From positions 79,484,001 through 79,548,000 of the forward strand of contig NC_073380.1 of NCBI RefSeq assembly GCF_028641065.1: a stretch of DNA of 64,000 bases. The letters run 5' to 3'. Numbering within the stretch: position 1 is the stretch's first letter; each line of letters starts with the position of its first letter. The DNA is from Leucoraja erinacea. Taxonomy: Eukaryota. Below are positions 13,347-25,379 of the stretch, one piece after another. A model generated the notes under the pieces. That model worked only from the letters and a program-made list of their open reading frames with translations. It ran no database searches and was not told the origin of the DNA. A program made the position numbers and the translations under genes.

Positions 13347-14688
13347 TACATCCAATTGGGGAATCATTACAGGGAGATTTGTTTCTATCTTGTCATGTAC
13401 GACCATGACTGAGCTGCCCATTTCAACCCCACTTCACAACTGACTGTACAGGACTAAGATTTCAGCATTTCAAGCACACACCCAGATACTTTCTGTCCCC
13501 TCTATCCTTTGGGCGAAAATCACTTCAACTTCCCTCTCAATGTTTCACCAATTACTTTAACCCACTAGTCTGGACCTTCTGTCTGCTCAATATGCCTCAA
13601 ACTGTTATATGTCTCAACGTCTTCCCTTCCAAAGTAAACAACTGCTAATCTTTCCACAATTAGAGGAAACTTACACCTAGTATATGAAATAAATCACCCC
13701 ATACTCGGAGTATTGAGTAAAGAATGTTACAATTGTATAAGACATTGGTGAGGTGTAGTGTGGATGGGACATGTTGGTAGACCTGGGTAAGTTGGGCCAA
13801 AGGGCCCATTTCCACACTGTCTAACTAAGCACATATGCATCCTCATGAAATAAAGCAAACAGCCAACTTTCTCCGAAGCTTCTGGACATGAACAAATAAA
13901 ACTGGTCAGAACTGTGTAACTTTGTCGAATGCAGTAGCAACTGGGATGCATGTAGCAGCATTATAGAGCATCACACATCGATTGTACTCTGTGAAAAAGC
14001 ATCATATAGGCAACACCATACTTTTTCAGTGTAGCCAACCTATGTCTGGACTCATGACTTACCAATTTGTTAAAGCACCAACCTATGAACAGCATGCTTT
14101 GAGAACTGTTGCCAACTGACAATTACGTTGATAAATGGTTGCAAAGATTTTTTTTTTTCTTTCCATACAACATTTACCAACTTGTCTGGATACAATGCTC
14201 TGGCTGTAGATTTTCCGATGTCATGATCAGAGGCATAAAATTGTCCTTCAAGAACCAACAATTTGCAAGACCGAATCTACTGGAAGACAAGCTTAAGAGG
14301 CTTATCACTTGCTTATTGGAAGACAGGTGACCCACTGCTTCACTAATTGAAACTTGTGCATTAGCTGATGACAGAAAGTCAGGATTTGGTCCAAGCTAAC
14401 ACCTCTCTGAGAGGAAAGTGATTTCCATAGGTAGCTGAACGTGGGTTGTGTGTGAGTATTTGTTAAAGTCACCTGAAGAGGGCAGGCAAGTATAAATAGG
14501 CATGGTTGCATTTGGATCTTATTGACTATTACCTTATTGGAGGACCATAATATTCTTGCTAAAACACTGGCCACTTAAATGGGCCCATTATTATACAAGC
14601 GTTTATTCAAAAATAGATTTACAATATAATACATCACGACATGCTCACACTATATCAAGATTAAATATTTTGAATCCAGCTAACTCAC

Positions 14689-14736
14689 CTGCCTGCCCTC
14701 TGGATCGAGGGTTGAGACGAGATGGAAAAGAGTGAC
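14689..14736 (-). CDS. ENPP2: Candidate 48-nt in-frame cassette exon of ENPP2 between SMB1 and SMB2
   Basis: Acceptor ccccattttctcccctctttag, donor CAG|gtgagt. Phase 1-1, no stop, adds GHSFPSRLNPRSRGQA. No transcript evidence. Confidence 0.65.
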
Positions 14737-15176
14737 CTAAAGAGGGGAGAAAATGGGGAGATAACAAAAATACATCGGACTATTTTATTCGGGTATCAGA
14801 ACCATATATTTAGATGGGATCTCATTTCAACTTGCATTCCAATGTTTTGATTTTGAAGAAGGTGAAAAGTGCACAATTAGTTGAGGAGAAATATTGCATT
14901 ACTATGCCGCACAGTGTACAGCATGCCCGTCTTAGTTACATTGTCATGCAGTATAGCAGGAGCTTACAAGAATCACTGCAGAGAGACTGCAATGATGAAG
15001 TGCTAGGTTGAAGCAAGAGACAGGAAAAGCCAATTCCAACCTCAAAGTTCCTTCTCAACCACAAGTGAACCATGACACAAGGATGCCGAGGGGAAACTAG
15101 TGAGAGGGTAACAAGCCCTCGAATATAAAATTGTTTGAACATACAACTAAAAGCATGTTCATCTCTGAATTAGTAC

Positions 15177-15332
15177 CTGTCTTCAAACAAAGTTGATCAA
15201 AATCTAAACAGCAGCTGTTATAACTTTTGCACAAATTGTCACAGCGACAGTTGGGTGGGGTTGCCTCTTGCAGTTCAAAACATCTGCTGCTGCATGACCC
15301 TGCAGCAGTAGCTCGGGCTGCATCTGAAAGAA
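15177..15332 (-). CDS. ENPP2: Autotaxin coding exon 3 (somatomedin-B domain 1)
   Basis: 156 nt, cacacag|...|gtacta. Encodes (V)[51 protein letters not shown]. Confidence 0.97.
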
Positions 15333-16204
15333 CTGTGTGAAACAAAACATAAACATCAGTTAGGGATAGCACTCTTTAGTTAGCCAAATAATCCAGAAAA
15401 TCGTTTGAATTTATTTCCCTATAAAATAATATTGCATGTAGACAACCACAAAATGTGTTCAGAAATGTGTTCTACCTGCTTCAATACATGCGTCGTCATT
15501 TAATTAAGAGAGATGAGAATTATGATTGAAATAGCTAAAGGTGCACTAATTATGCTACAAACCCTCCACTTGAAATTTACAAGTGACTAATGTGTGGCAA
15601 ATCAAGACTGTGAGCTTTTTTGGATGCACGAACTCATTTTACACGTTAAGAAAGTAAATTACTTATGAATTGTAGGATAAGATCAAACAAAAAAATGATT
15701 TAGATTAAAACAAGTGTGCAAACACCAAAAACATTTGGTCAAGGTGTGGGCTCATTCAAACTGCGTCCAATGTGCTTGAAACATTAAGATAACTATTTTT
15801 AAGATTCCATCCTTTTGGTACCAACAGGTTTCACCCACTCACCCTCCACAGAAACAAAACAAATTCTTGCAGAAAACATACATAGTTGCTTCCAGTTTGT
15901 CCTCTCAAGACACGGTTAATCTCAGAAGGCCACAGAGTGAAAAGGCAAAACATATGGTCTGCGAAGGAAAACTTTAATCTATTCAGCCACAAATGCTCAA
16001 CAGCTATTCAAAATGTAATATTGATGAAAAGTTGAAGTATCTATAGAACATAAGTAGAATGTGAAAACTATGCAGAGCCCTACAATTGTGTGTCCTTTGA
16101 ATCAGTGATGTGGTTGACACTGCAAGATAACTGTAATGTAAAACGGCACTAGTGTTTTTGATATGGGGGCTTTTGAACTTCACTATTTTTTTGAGTTATT
16201 CTAG

Positions 16205-18075
16205 TATATATAACCATATAACAATTACAGGATGGAAACAGGCCATCTCGGCCCCATTAGTCCATGCCGAACAATTATTTTCCCTTAGCCCCACTCATAC
16301 CATAACCCTCCATTCCCTTCTCATCCATATGCCTATCTAATTTATTTTTAAATGATACCAACGAACCTGCCTCCACCACTTCCACTGGAAGCTCATTCCA
16401 CACCGCTACCACTCTCTGAGTAAAGAAGTTCCCCCTCATGTTACCCCTAAACTTCTGTCCCTTAATTCTGAAGTCATGTCCTCTTGTTTGAATCTTCCCT
16501 AAAGCTTGTCCACATCAACTCTGTCTATCCCTCTCATCATTTTAAAGACTTCTATGAAATCCCCCCTTAACCTTCTGCACTCCAAAGAATAAAGACCTAA
16601 CTTATTCAACCTTTCTCTGTAACTTAGTTGTTGAAACCCAGGCAACATTCTAGTAAATCTCCTCTGTACTCTCTCTATTTTGTTGACATCCTTCCTATAA
16701 TTGGGCAACCAAAATTGTACACCATACTCCAGATTTGGTCTCACCAATGCCTTGTACAATTTTAACATTACATCCCAGTTTCTATACTCAATGCTCTGAT
16801 TTATAAAGGCTAGCATACCAAAAGCTTTCTTTACCACCCTGTCTATATGAGATTCCACCTTCAAGGAACTATGCACGGTTATTCCCAGATCCCTCTGTTC
16901 AACTGCATTCTTCAATTCCCTACCATTTACCATGTACGTCCTATTTTGATTTGTCCTGCCAAGGTGTAGCACCTCACATTTATCAGCATTAAACTCAACC
17001 TGCCATCTTTCAGCCCATTCTTCCAAATGGCCTAAATCACTCTGTAGACTTTGGAAATCCTCTTCATTATCCACAATACCCCCTATCTTGGTATCATCTG
17101 CATACTTACTAATCCAATTTACCACACCTTCATCCAGATCATTGATGTACATGACAAACAACAAAGGACCCAACCCAGATCCCTGAGGCACCCCACTAGT
17201 CACCTGCCTACAACCCGACAAACAGCCATCCACCATTACTCTCTGGCATCTCCCATTCAGCCACTGTTGAATCCATCTTGCTACTCCTGCATTTATACCC
17301 AACAGTTGAACCTTCTTAACCAACCTTCCATGAGGAACCTTACTAAAGTCCATATAGACAACATCCACTGCTTTACCCTCGTCAATTTCCCTAGTAACCT
17401 CTTCAAAAAATTCAAGAAGATTAGTCAAACATGACCTTCCAGGCACAAATCCATGTTGACTGTTCCTAATCAGACCCTGTTTATCCAGATGCTTATATAT
17501 ATTATTTCTAAGTATCTTTTCCATTAATTTGCCCACCACTGAAGTCAAACTAACAGGTCTATAATTGCTAGGTTTCCTCTTAGAACCCTTTTTAAACAAT
17601 GGAACAACATGCGCAGTACGCCAATCCTCGGGGACTATTCCCGTTTCTAATGACACTTGAAATATTTCTGTCATAGCCCCGGCTATTTCTACACTAACTT
17701 CCCTCAATGTCCTAGGGAATATCCTGTCAGGACCTGAAGACTTATCCACTTTTATATTTTTCAAAAGTGTCAGTACTTCTTTTACTTTGAAACTCATAGT
17801 ATCCATAGCTACTCTACTAGTTTCCCTTACCTCACATAATTCAATATCCTTCTCCTTGGTGAATACCGAAGAAAAAAAATTGTTCAATATCTCCCCCATC
17901 TCTTTTGGCTCTCCAGATAGCTGTCCACTCTGTCTCTCCAATGGACCAATTTTATCCCTCATTATCCTTTTGCTATTAATATAGCTGTAGAAACCTTTTG
18001 GATTTACTTTCACCTTACTTGCCAAAGCAACCTCATATCTTCTTTTAGCTTTTCTAATTTCTTTCTTAAGATTCC
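16205..18075 (-). mobile_element. 5'-truncated, relatively young CR1 LINE with an open RT frame
   Basis: 508-aa ORF 16499-18025: NYRPVSLTS, SQHGF, VYMDFSK, GVPQGS, KYADD. No endonuclease domain; 3' UTR and tail near 16205-16300. Confidence 0.93.
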
Positions 18076-19088
18076 AAAATATATTATAGGACGCTATTTA
18101 ATCTTAATTTAGTTCAATTTGGATAGCAATTAAGAACATTTGTTTTTGTGAGATTACTAATTAACTAAGAATTATCTCACCAGGAGTCCCACATAACAAC
18201 ATAAACTGCAAAAGTTGACCAGTTACTTTACATCTGGTGGTGAAATGGCATTGCTCTCTTAAAATAACAAAAAGGCTTTTTTTTTTTAACTGTCATGCCT
18301 CCAAATTAACAGAGGAACCTGGTTCCATGTTTCTATGTCAGATATCAAGGTCCAGGAAGATTTAAGAAGTCAATGCTCTAATGAATGATTAACAAGAGTA
18401 ATGCAATCCCCGAGAGTAGACAGAGTAACAATGTAAATCTACTTGTCATAAAAACACCTATGTAGGTTAAAGTAATTACTTGGTGGTTGTCACTCCTGGA
18501 TTAAGCTGTCTGTATATTATTCTTCACAAATATATTGTTAATATAGCATTTATATTGAATTTTAACATTTTTGAATTTTAAAACTCTCATTTTCAAAAAT
18601 GTATTAAATGCTACCATATTAAATATATTAAATGCTATCCCATTTTAATGCAAATAAAATTTTAATTCCGGTTAGCACCTATAGAGTTGTTTCCCATCTG
18701 AAAATGTGATCTCTTTCAACGTTCAATTTGTTTCAACTGCAATTTCCTTTCTAGTTAGCTACATCTATTTGAATAATCACTGGATTTTTTAATCAGATTA
18801 TTAACAATTTTAACAATCAATTCTAAAGTATAATTTTAATATGCAAATATTCCACAAAATATACCAAATTTTAGATAAGAATAAGCAATTTCAGTTCAAA
18901 ATTGCAGTGGTAAAATCTCACATGGTATAAATTGTGATATAAATAATGCAATGACACTGTGGACATTTTCAAAAGCTGATGCTGTCAGATTTGACAGTTA
19001 CAAATGGAAGTAAAACCTCGGACGACTGCTCACCTGCCCAAACTGTTGACATTGTCTATTGTCTAAAACAAAAGTAATAATTGTTCCG

Positions 19089-19325
19089 GAGATAAGACAC
19101 AAAATGCTGGAGTAACTCAGCGGGACAGGCGGCATCTCTGGAAAGAAGGAATGGGTGACGTTTCGGGTCAAGACCCTTCTTCAGACTCGACCCGAAACAT
19201 CACCCATTCCTTCTCTCCAGAGATGCTGCCTGTCCCGCTGAGCTACTCAAGCATTTTGTGTCTTATCTCCGGAACAGATCTATCTTCGGTTTAAACCAGC
19301 ATCCGCAGTTCCTTCCTCCACAGGA
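19089..19325. mobile_element. Penelope-derived palindrome with hammerhead-like core
   Basis: Long inverted arms. tgacgtttcgggtcaagacccttcttcag is the minus-strand core. aat(a/g)attgttcc is duplicated at the flanks. Confidence 0.8.
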
Positions 19326-20378
19326 ATGATTGTTCCATTAGAAATATAAGATGCATAATACTGAGGATTTCTGGAAATTGTAATAACAAAAAAACCTTGC
19401 TTTTGACTTTAATGTATTACTATTACAATTTGATAATTCATCACCAGGTGGAGGTTCACTAAATGAATTTTCTGAACAACTAAAATCTATATTTTCTACA
19501 GTTGAAAGAATAGCTCCCAATGTTAAATCTAAAACATGTTAAATCAGGCTTTGGCTCCAAATGCCCTTTGTGCAGGAAGGAAGTGAAATGCTGGTTTAAA
19601 CCGAAGATAGACAAAAAGCTGGAGTAACTCAGCGGGTCACGCAGCATCTCTGGAGAGAAGGAAGAGGTGACATTCCGGGTCGAGCCCCTTTCACCGGCTT
19701 CCCTCTCACAATCTTATTTACAATCATTGGTAAGGTTTGGAATGAACATTTCAATCTCTTTTAGTTTCATTCTAATATGCTCAATGTGTGACGTTACTCC
19801 ACTGCGAGAAACGGAAAAATAACGTAGAGAACGAATGTAACTTTAACGTCCCAGGCTTCTTAGTGAGACGAGCAGGTTGGTCCCTCGTTGTAAACAGGCA
19901 CCATTCTGCACTCTGAGCGACGACGAGACAAGCGCATGATATAATCCGATTAAACTCGCATTTATTAAACGCAATTTAAGACGCTCTCATGTCATTTGAA
20001 TGATTACAATCTCTACTGAAGAAAAGGTAAAAAAAAAGTTAAACCTCTAATTCGTTTATATATTTCAAAGCTTCGTAAACACCCTAATAGATTGTGGTGC
20101 TTCTTGGTCCGTTTATTGAAGCGTTTTCCACCGATTAGAACAGCCGGTTCTGCAATATAATCATCATTATCATTGTTACTGTGTTGAACTGGACAATAAT
20201 TAACAGCACTAGACGACTTTGCGGCACGCAGCGCTAAAACCAGTTGCTGCGTTCACAAGAGTAAAGGTATCCCTGTAAGTTTCCGAATCTTGCTGTCAAC
20301 CTGTGCGTGGGTAACTGACACGCACTACTCGCCACGCTGCTGAAATAAACAGACGTTATCAGAATACTGCTCATTCAT

Positions 20379-20411
<33 letters not shown>

Positions 20412-20420
20412 ATATATATA
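20379..20420. repeat. Compound (TA)n(TG)n(TA)n microsatellite in ENPP2 intron 2
   Basis: Directly visible. Confidence 0.95.
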
Positions 20421-20611
20421 GAATGCAAGATTTAAAAGCGCAGTTAACATTTGTGTCATGTCAAATGATTGGAAATGCAAGTCAACGAGTAGTAGACCTC
20501 AAAACAGAGGTTTTCATAGCTGGTCACGGTGATGACTTATGTACTACTGGCATTTTCTCGCTTAAACAACTCGAACCCATGCGAATGGGAATAAACAAGA
20601 GTTAAAAGTAC

Positions 20612-20708
20612 CTTCACGATTGTTCGTGTCTCCTGATCTCTGCAAGCGGCGCAACCCATATCCATGGCAAACATTTACCCCGGCTACCAACGTTAACAGC
20701 GAGAGGAT
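20612..20708 (-). CDS. ENPP2: Autotaxin coding exon 2 (signal peptide core and propeptide)
   Basis: 97 nt, tttgcag|...|gtactt. Encodes ILSLLTLVAGVNVCHGYGLRRLQRSGDTNNRE, compare human IISLFTFAVGVNICLG. Phase 0 in, phase 1 out. Confidence 0.93.
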
Positions 20709-20869
20709 CTGCAAACAGGGCAGGCTTTAATAATGTGCAATTGAAGACAAATACGAATTGTCTGAGACTTTGCGACTATTTTTTTTAACGCTCTATGCGG
20801 CTAAACTTGTGCGTTCCCCGCGGTAGCCGGGCACAAAGGTGCCCATCCCCGGTTCCAACACTCACTCAC

Positions 20870-20902
20870 CTGGGACAGTTTCAGCTCACTGCTGATCCAC
20901 AT
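20870..20902 (-). CDS. ENPP2: Autotaxin proximal first coding exon
   Basis: gcaaccATG, 33 nt, MWISSELKLSQ, donor CAG|gtgagt, 161-nt intron to exon 2. Same 11-residue length ending in Q as human MARRSSFQSCQ. Confidence 0.9.
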
Positions 20903-21560
20903 GGTTGCCTCGGAGGAACCCCCTGCTCCAACCTCGCCTCGGACGGCTGCCCACCTGCCCAAGCTGTTGATAATCTCTTCCCTTCTGCTCTCCTCAATCT
21001 GACGTTAACATCTTTCAACTCTAGATCTACTTTTTTTTTGTTTTAAACAGTTACACCTGAACTTCAACGAAAATAACCTTTTTTGCCACGTCGTGCAAAC
21101 TTTCCCTTGCAATCATCAGAAAAAGCCTGCACGTGTTATCTTTTGTGCCTTGACTTTGCGCTGACGGGTCTCTGCTACTGGCAGAGCTAGAGCCGCTAAG
21201 CACTGTTGTGTTTCAAAGGCATGTTGTTCAACCCCAAAGAGTGAGCTCTTTGTCTGCTGCAAGCCGTGCGATGTCCAGCTGCCCCCGTTGGCAGGCAGGG
21301 TCTCTTTTAAAACGCCGTTTGTTTGGGAGCAGTGCGTTTGTGCGGGCTTCCTGTCTGGCAGCTTTCTCCATTCCCCCCGCCCACCGACACAGCACAAGCA
21401 GCAGGCAAAATAGAGGCTGTCGCAATCTCATGGCTTGAGGGTAGCCGGCCACACACACACACTGGTCAGTAAACATCAACCACTTCAGCCCAGGGCACGG
21501 TCCCAAGGTGAAAAGATCGTTTCCTTTCCCTGACACGCACTGCCGAAACAAACCGTGACC
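20903..21560 (-). promoter_or_regulatory. Putative ENPP2 proximal promoter / 5' UTR
   Basis: Repeat-free and visibly CpG-enriched, directly upstream of exon 1. Contains CACGTG (about 21130), a TGACGT half-CRE (about 21000) and a forkhead-like GTAAACA (about 21470). No obvious TATA box; TSS unknown. Confidence 0.6.
21228..21431 (-). CDS. Hypothetical 67-aa prepropeptide-like small ORF
   Basis: gccATGa start; MRLRQPLFCLLLVLCRWAGG-MEKAARQEARTNALLPN-KRRFKR-DPACQRGQLDIARLAADKELTLW-G-stop. No homolog recognised. Confidence 0.3.
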   Translation of the reverse strand: MRLRQPLFCLLLVLCRWAGGMEKAARQEARTNALLPNKRRFKRDPACQRGQLDIARLAADKELTLWG

Positions 21561-21561
21561 T

Positions 21562-21945
21562 CTGTGGAGGGAGGAACTGCAGATGCTGGTTTACCTTGAA
21601 GATAAGACACAACATGCTGGAGTAACTCAGCGGCACAGGCAGCATCTCTGGAGAGAAGGAATAGGTGATGATTCGGGTCGAGACCGGGGAGAGGGAGACA
21701 CAGATATAAGGGAGGGTAAGGAGTGAGAACGAGACATCAAAGGGGGTGTAGTTCAAGGGAAATGCAGAATAGATCACTGTTAGCAAGGAGAAGGTGCAAA
21801 GATAAAACTTAACCAAGGGGACAGTCAGACTGGTCGGGGAACTGGGGTGGGGGAGGGATGGAGAAAGAGGGGAAAGCAAGGGTATGCTAGAGAAGTGGAT
21901 ATTCAGACCGCTGGGGTGTAAGCTGCCCAAGCAAAATATGAGGTG
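21562..21945 (-). mobile_element. Penelope-like element 3' end (end of GIY-YIG region, UTR, tail)
   Basis: Reverse strand encodes QHLIFCLGSLHPSGLNI, followed by the same tail as the other copies. Confidence 0.8.
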
Positions 21946-22834
21946 CTGTGGCCTTTCTCTGTCACCTGGACGATGAGGACATCTCAACTCTGCAAGCACG
22001 CCGCCCACCCCTTCATTTCACCCAGATATCCAGCTATTTGTGCTAACAGGAAAGTGTTACAAATTTGTACTTGGACCGAAAAACAAGGCGATTGTAATTG
22101 CGTGCACCGACAGGTCATCGAAAATTAAAACCTTTTTCAGAATTATCTCACAGATTCGCATGAAACATTTGTTTACATCTCCTGGTAAAAAATATTCAGC
22201 AAGCATCCCTGGGTCTGTCACTAGGCAATGGACACTTCATCACTGTGCCAGCACTGACAATTCCGTCAAAGGTCAGGAACCAGAGGCAATTTTATCCCAA
22301 GAAAACCATAACTTTGGATTTGGGTAAAATTTCAGCGACTGGCAGTTCTGAAGACTTTGACACAGTTCAAGGGCTCAGTATGTACAATTCATGTCACTAA
22401 TACTTGCGTGGAAGTGTCTCACAATATATTAATTCGAGTACAGTTTGTAACGTTTTGGTGTGACTAATGTCACATTGCTTATGAACAAAATTCAGGGGGA
22501 AAAAAATCAGTTTTTAAATACCATTAATTTCAACTCAGCAACAGAACTAACAAAACGTAACAATTGTATAACTTATGGTATGTTAGAAACCATTCAGCCC
22601 ACCCTGACCTTGCCAGGTCTTTGCCAACTCTCTGGTTGCGCCCACTGGTGGCCATGCTCCAACAACAGACCACATTAAAACCTATCTCCACCACATAGTG
22701 TATTCCACATACTACATAACATGTTTTTTCTTCATAACACCTGTAATTATCTTCCTCTTTATTTTATGTATAGAATCTCTAAACATGGATCCCACATCAA
22801 TGGGAATAGCCTCCTAAAATCCACTGCTAGTATA

Positions 22835-25010
22835 TAGGTTCTTTATTGTCATTATAACATGTAAACATGTACAACGAAATAAAAAATGCCAACCAGTCAG
22901 TGCACCATTCATATATTATCTAAAAGCTAACGATACGTAAAAGAGAAATATCTAAAATAAACTAAAATAAATAACATGAAAAAAAACAGGCATAAACACA
23001 CAACCATACATTCTTCTGTCGATTTCACAATCCCTTTGGTATGTAGTGCACATGCGCTCATTTGGTGGCTACATTAAGTGTAGTTATTGCTGTGGGATAA
23101 AAACTGTTTTTGAGTCTGTTTGTCCTTGTGCTCATTGATCTGTACTGTCTGCCTGATGGCAACAGTTCAAACAGGCAGTGTCCAGGGTGGGAAATGTCCT
23201 TTATAATGTTCTGGGATTTCTTGAGACAGTGGGAACTGTGTAGGTCCTCCAAGGTGAGGAGAGGACAGCCGGCAATCTTCTGGGCATTGTCAATAGCCCT
23301 CTGGAGCGCTTTCCTCTTAGCTACTGTGCAGCTGGTGTACCACACGCATACACAGTATGTTAGGATGCTCTCTATGGAGCACCGATAAAAGGACAGCAGC
23401 AGTCTCTGGGTGATGTTGTTCTTCCTGAGCACCCTCAGGAAGTGCAGTCTCTGCTGGACCTTTTTCAGCAGTGCAGAGGTGTTCACGCTCCATGTCAATG
23501 TGGATTCCCAGGAAGCAGAAATCCGCCACCCTCTCCACACAATCCCCTCTGATGATTAATGGTGTAATGTCCGTTTTCTTCTTCCTGTAGTCTATTATGA
23601 GCTCCTTGGTCTTTGAGGTGTTAAGGAGCAGGTTATTCTCTCCACACCACACTGTCAGCTGCTCCACCTCATCCCTGTAGGCGTACTCATCCCCCCCAGA
23701 GATGAGCCCCACCATCGTGGTGTCATCCGTGAATTTGACAATGGTGTTGCTGTGGTGGGCGGGGGTGCAGTCATGTGTGTAGATGGTGTAGAGCAGGGGG
23801 CTCAGCACGCAGCCCTGTGGAGAGCAGGTACTGAGGCTGAGGGCCGTGGATGTGTGATGGCCCACTCTGACTCCCTTGCTGCGACCCGACAGGAAGCTAT
23901 TTATCCACATGCAGGTGGAGTGTGGAAGTCCCAGGTCCCCCAGTTTGTCCACCAGTTTGTGGAGAAGGATGGTAGTAAAAGCAGAGCTGTAGTCCACAAA
24001 GAGCATCCGCACGTAGCTCCCCCGCTGCTCCAGGTGGGACAGTGCAGCATGGAGGGCTGTGGCTACAGCGTCCTCTGTAGATCTATTTGCTCTGTACGCA
24101 AACTGGTGGGGGTCAAAGCTTCGGGGCAGGAGTGATGTGATATGACCCCGGACCAGTTTTTCAAAACACTTCATCACCACTGGTGTTAGTGCGACTGGCC
24201 GGTAGTCGTTGAGGCTGGAAATGTGGGTTTTTTTGGGCAAGGGGACTATGGTGGAGGACTTCAGACAGGGTGGGACAGTGGACTGGGCCAGAGACTGGTT
24301 GAAAATCCTCGTGAAGACTCCAGCCAGCTTTTCTGCGCAGTCTTTCAGCACGCGTCCAGAGACGCCGTCGGGTCCAGCAGCCTTCCTCGGATTGATGGCC
24401 CGCAGCGTGCGCCTCACCTCATGCTCCTGTATTTTGAGGGTTAAACTGCTGTGGACCATATGGTGTGATGTGGCTGTCTCGGGTGGCTCCACTTCAAAGC
24501 GAGCAAAGAAGAGGTTCAGCTCCTCTGCCAATGAGGCGTCACCTTCAGCAGCTCCAAGGTTGGTCTTGTAGTTGGTGAGATACTGGATCCCCTGCCACAC
24601 CTGCCTGCTGTTGTTACTGTCCAGGTGGTCCTCTATCCTCCTCCTGTAGTCTGATTTGGCCTCTCTGATGCCTCTCTTCAGGTTAGCTCGGGCCGTGCTG
24701 TATAAAGCCCTATCGCCAGACTTAAAAGCGGTGTTCCTCTCTTTTAACAGCTGCTGGACCTCCCGGGTCATCCAGGGCTTCTGGTTGGGGTAGACCCGGA
24801 TGCGTTTGTCCACTGTGACAGTGTCCATGCAGTTTTTAATGTAACACAGTACACTGTCTGTGAACACCTCCAGGTCCTGGTGTTCAAACACATCCCAGTT
24901 GGTCCTGTCGAAGCAGTCCTGCAGCTGCTGAGAGGTACCATCAGGCCAAGTTGTGATGGTCTTTGTGATGGTAGGAGCAGTTTTCTTGAAGGGGGCATAT
25001 GCAGGAATAT
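22835..25010 (-). mobile_element. 5'-truncated Rex1/Babar-like LINE
   Basis: ORFs 23317-24891 and 23058-23540: [31 protein letters not shown] (altered motif), LLPSGRQYRS. Frameshifted. Confidence 0.9.
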
Positions 25011-25379
25011 GCTCAGACTCCTCATCATTTTATTTCCTATCAAATCTATTTTATCTATCCTTGCTTCTGTAGTCCTTCATATCAGAAACCATTTACATGT
25101 TTTTTTTCTGGACTCTCTCTATTCGCTTAACATCCTTTTCTGAAATGTGGCAAACAGTATTGATCATAATATTCCATCTGTGGCTGGCTCACTGTTTTAC
25201 TAAGGTTCAGTTTAACTTTCTGGTTTTCATATTGTATGTTTCTGTTAATAAAACACAGGTTTGTGTATTGAAATACATTCCCAATTTATTTTTCACTTTG
25301 TGCATACATACCCCAGATCCATATACTCTTACAACCCTTTCAGAACAGTATTCTTTATATTATCTCTCTTAATTCTTCC

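Noticed and set aside
14063-14082. 20-nt cryptic exon (catag|...|gtaagt) in ENPP2 intron 3
   Set aside because: Weak pyrimidine tract and frameshifting length.
19034-19042. 9-nt in-frame micro-exon with CAG|gtgagc donor
   Set aside because: The acceptor lacks an adjacent pyrimidine tract, and the better upstream AGs give out-of-frame lengths.
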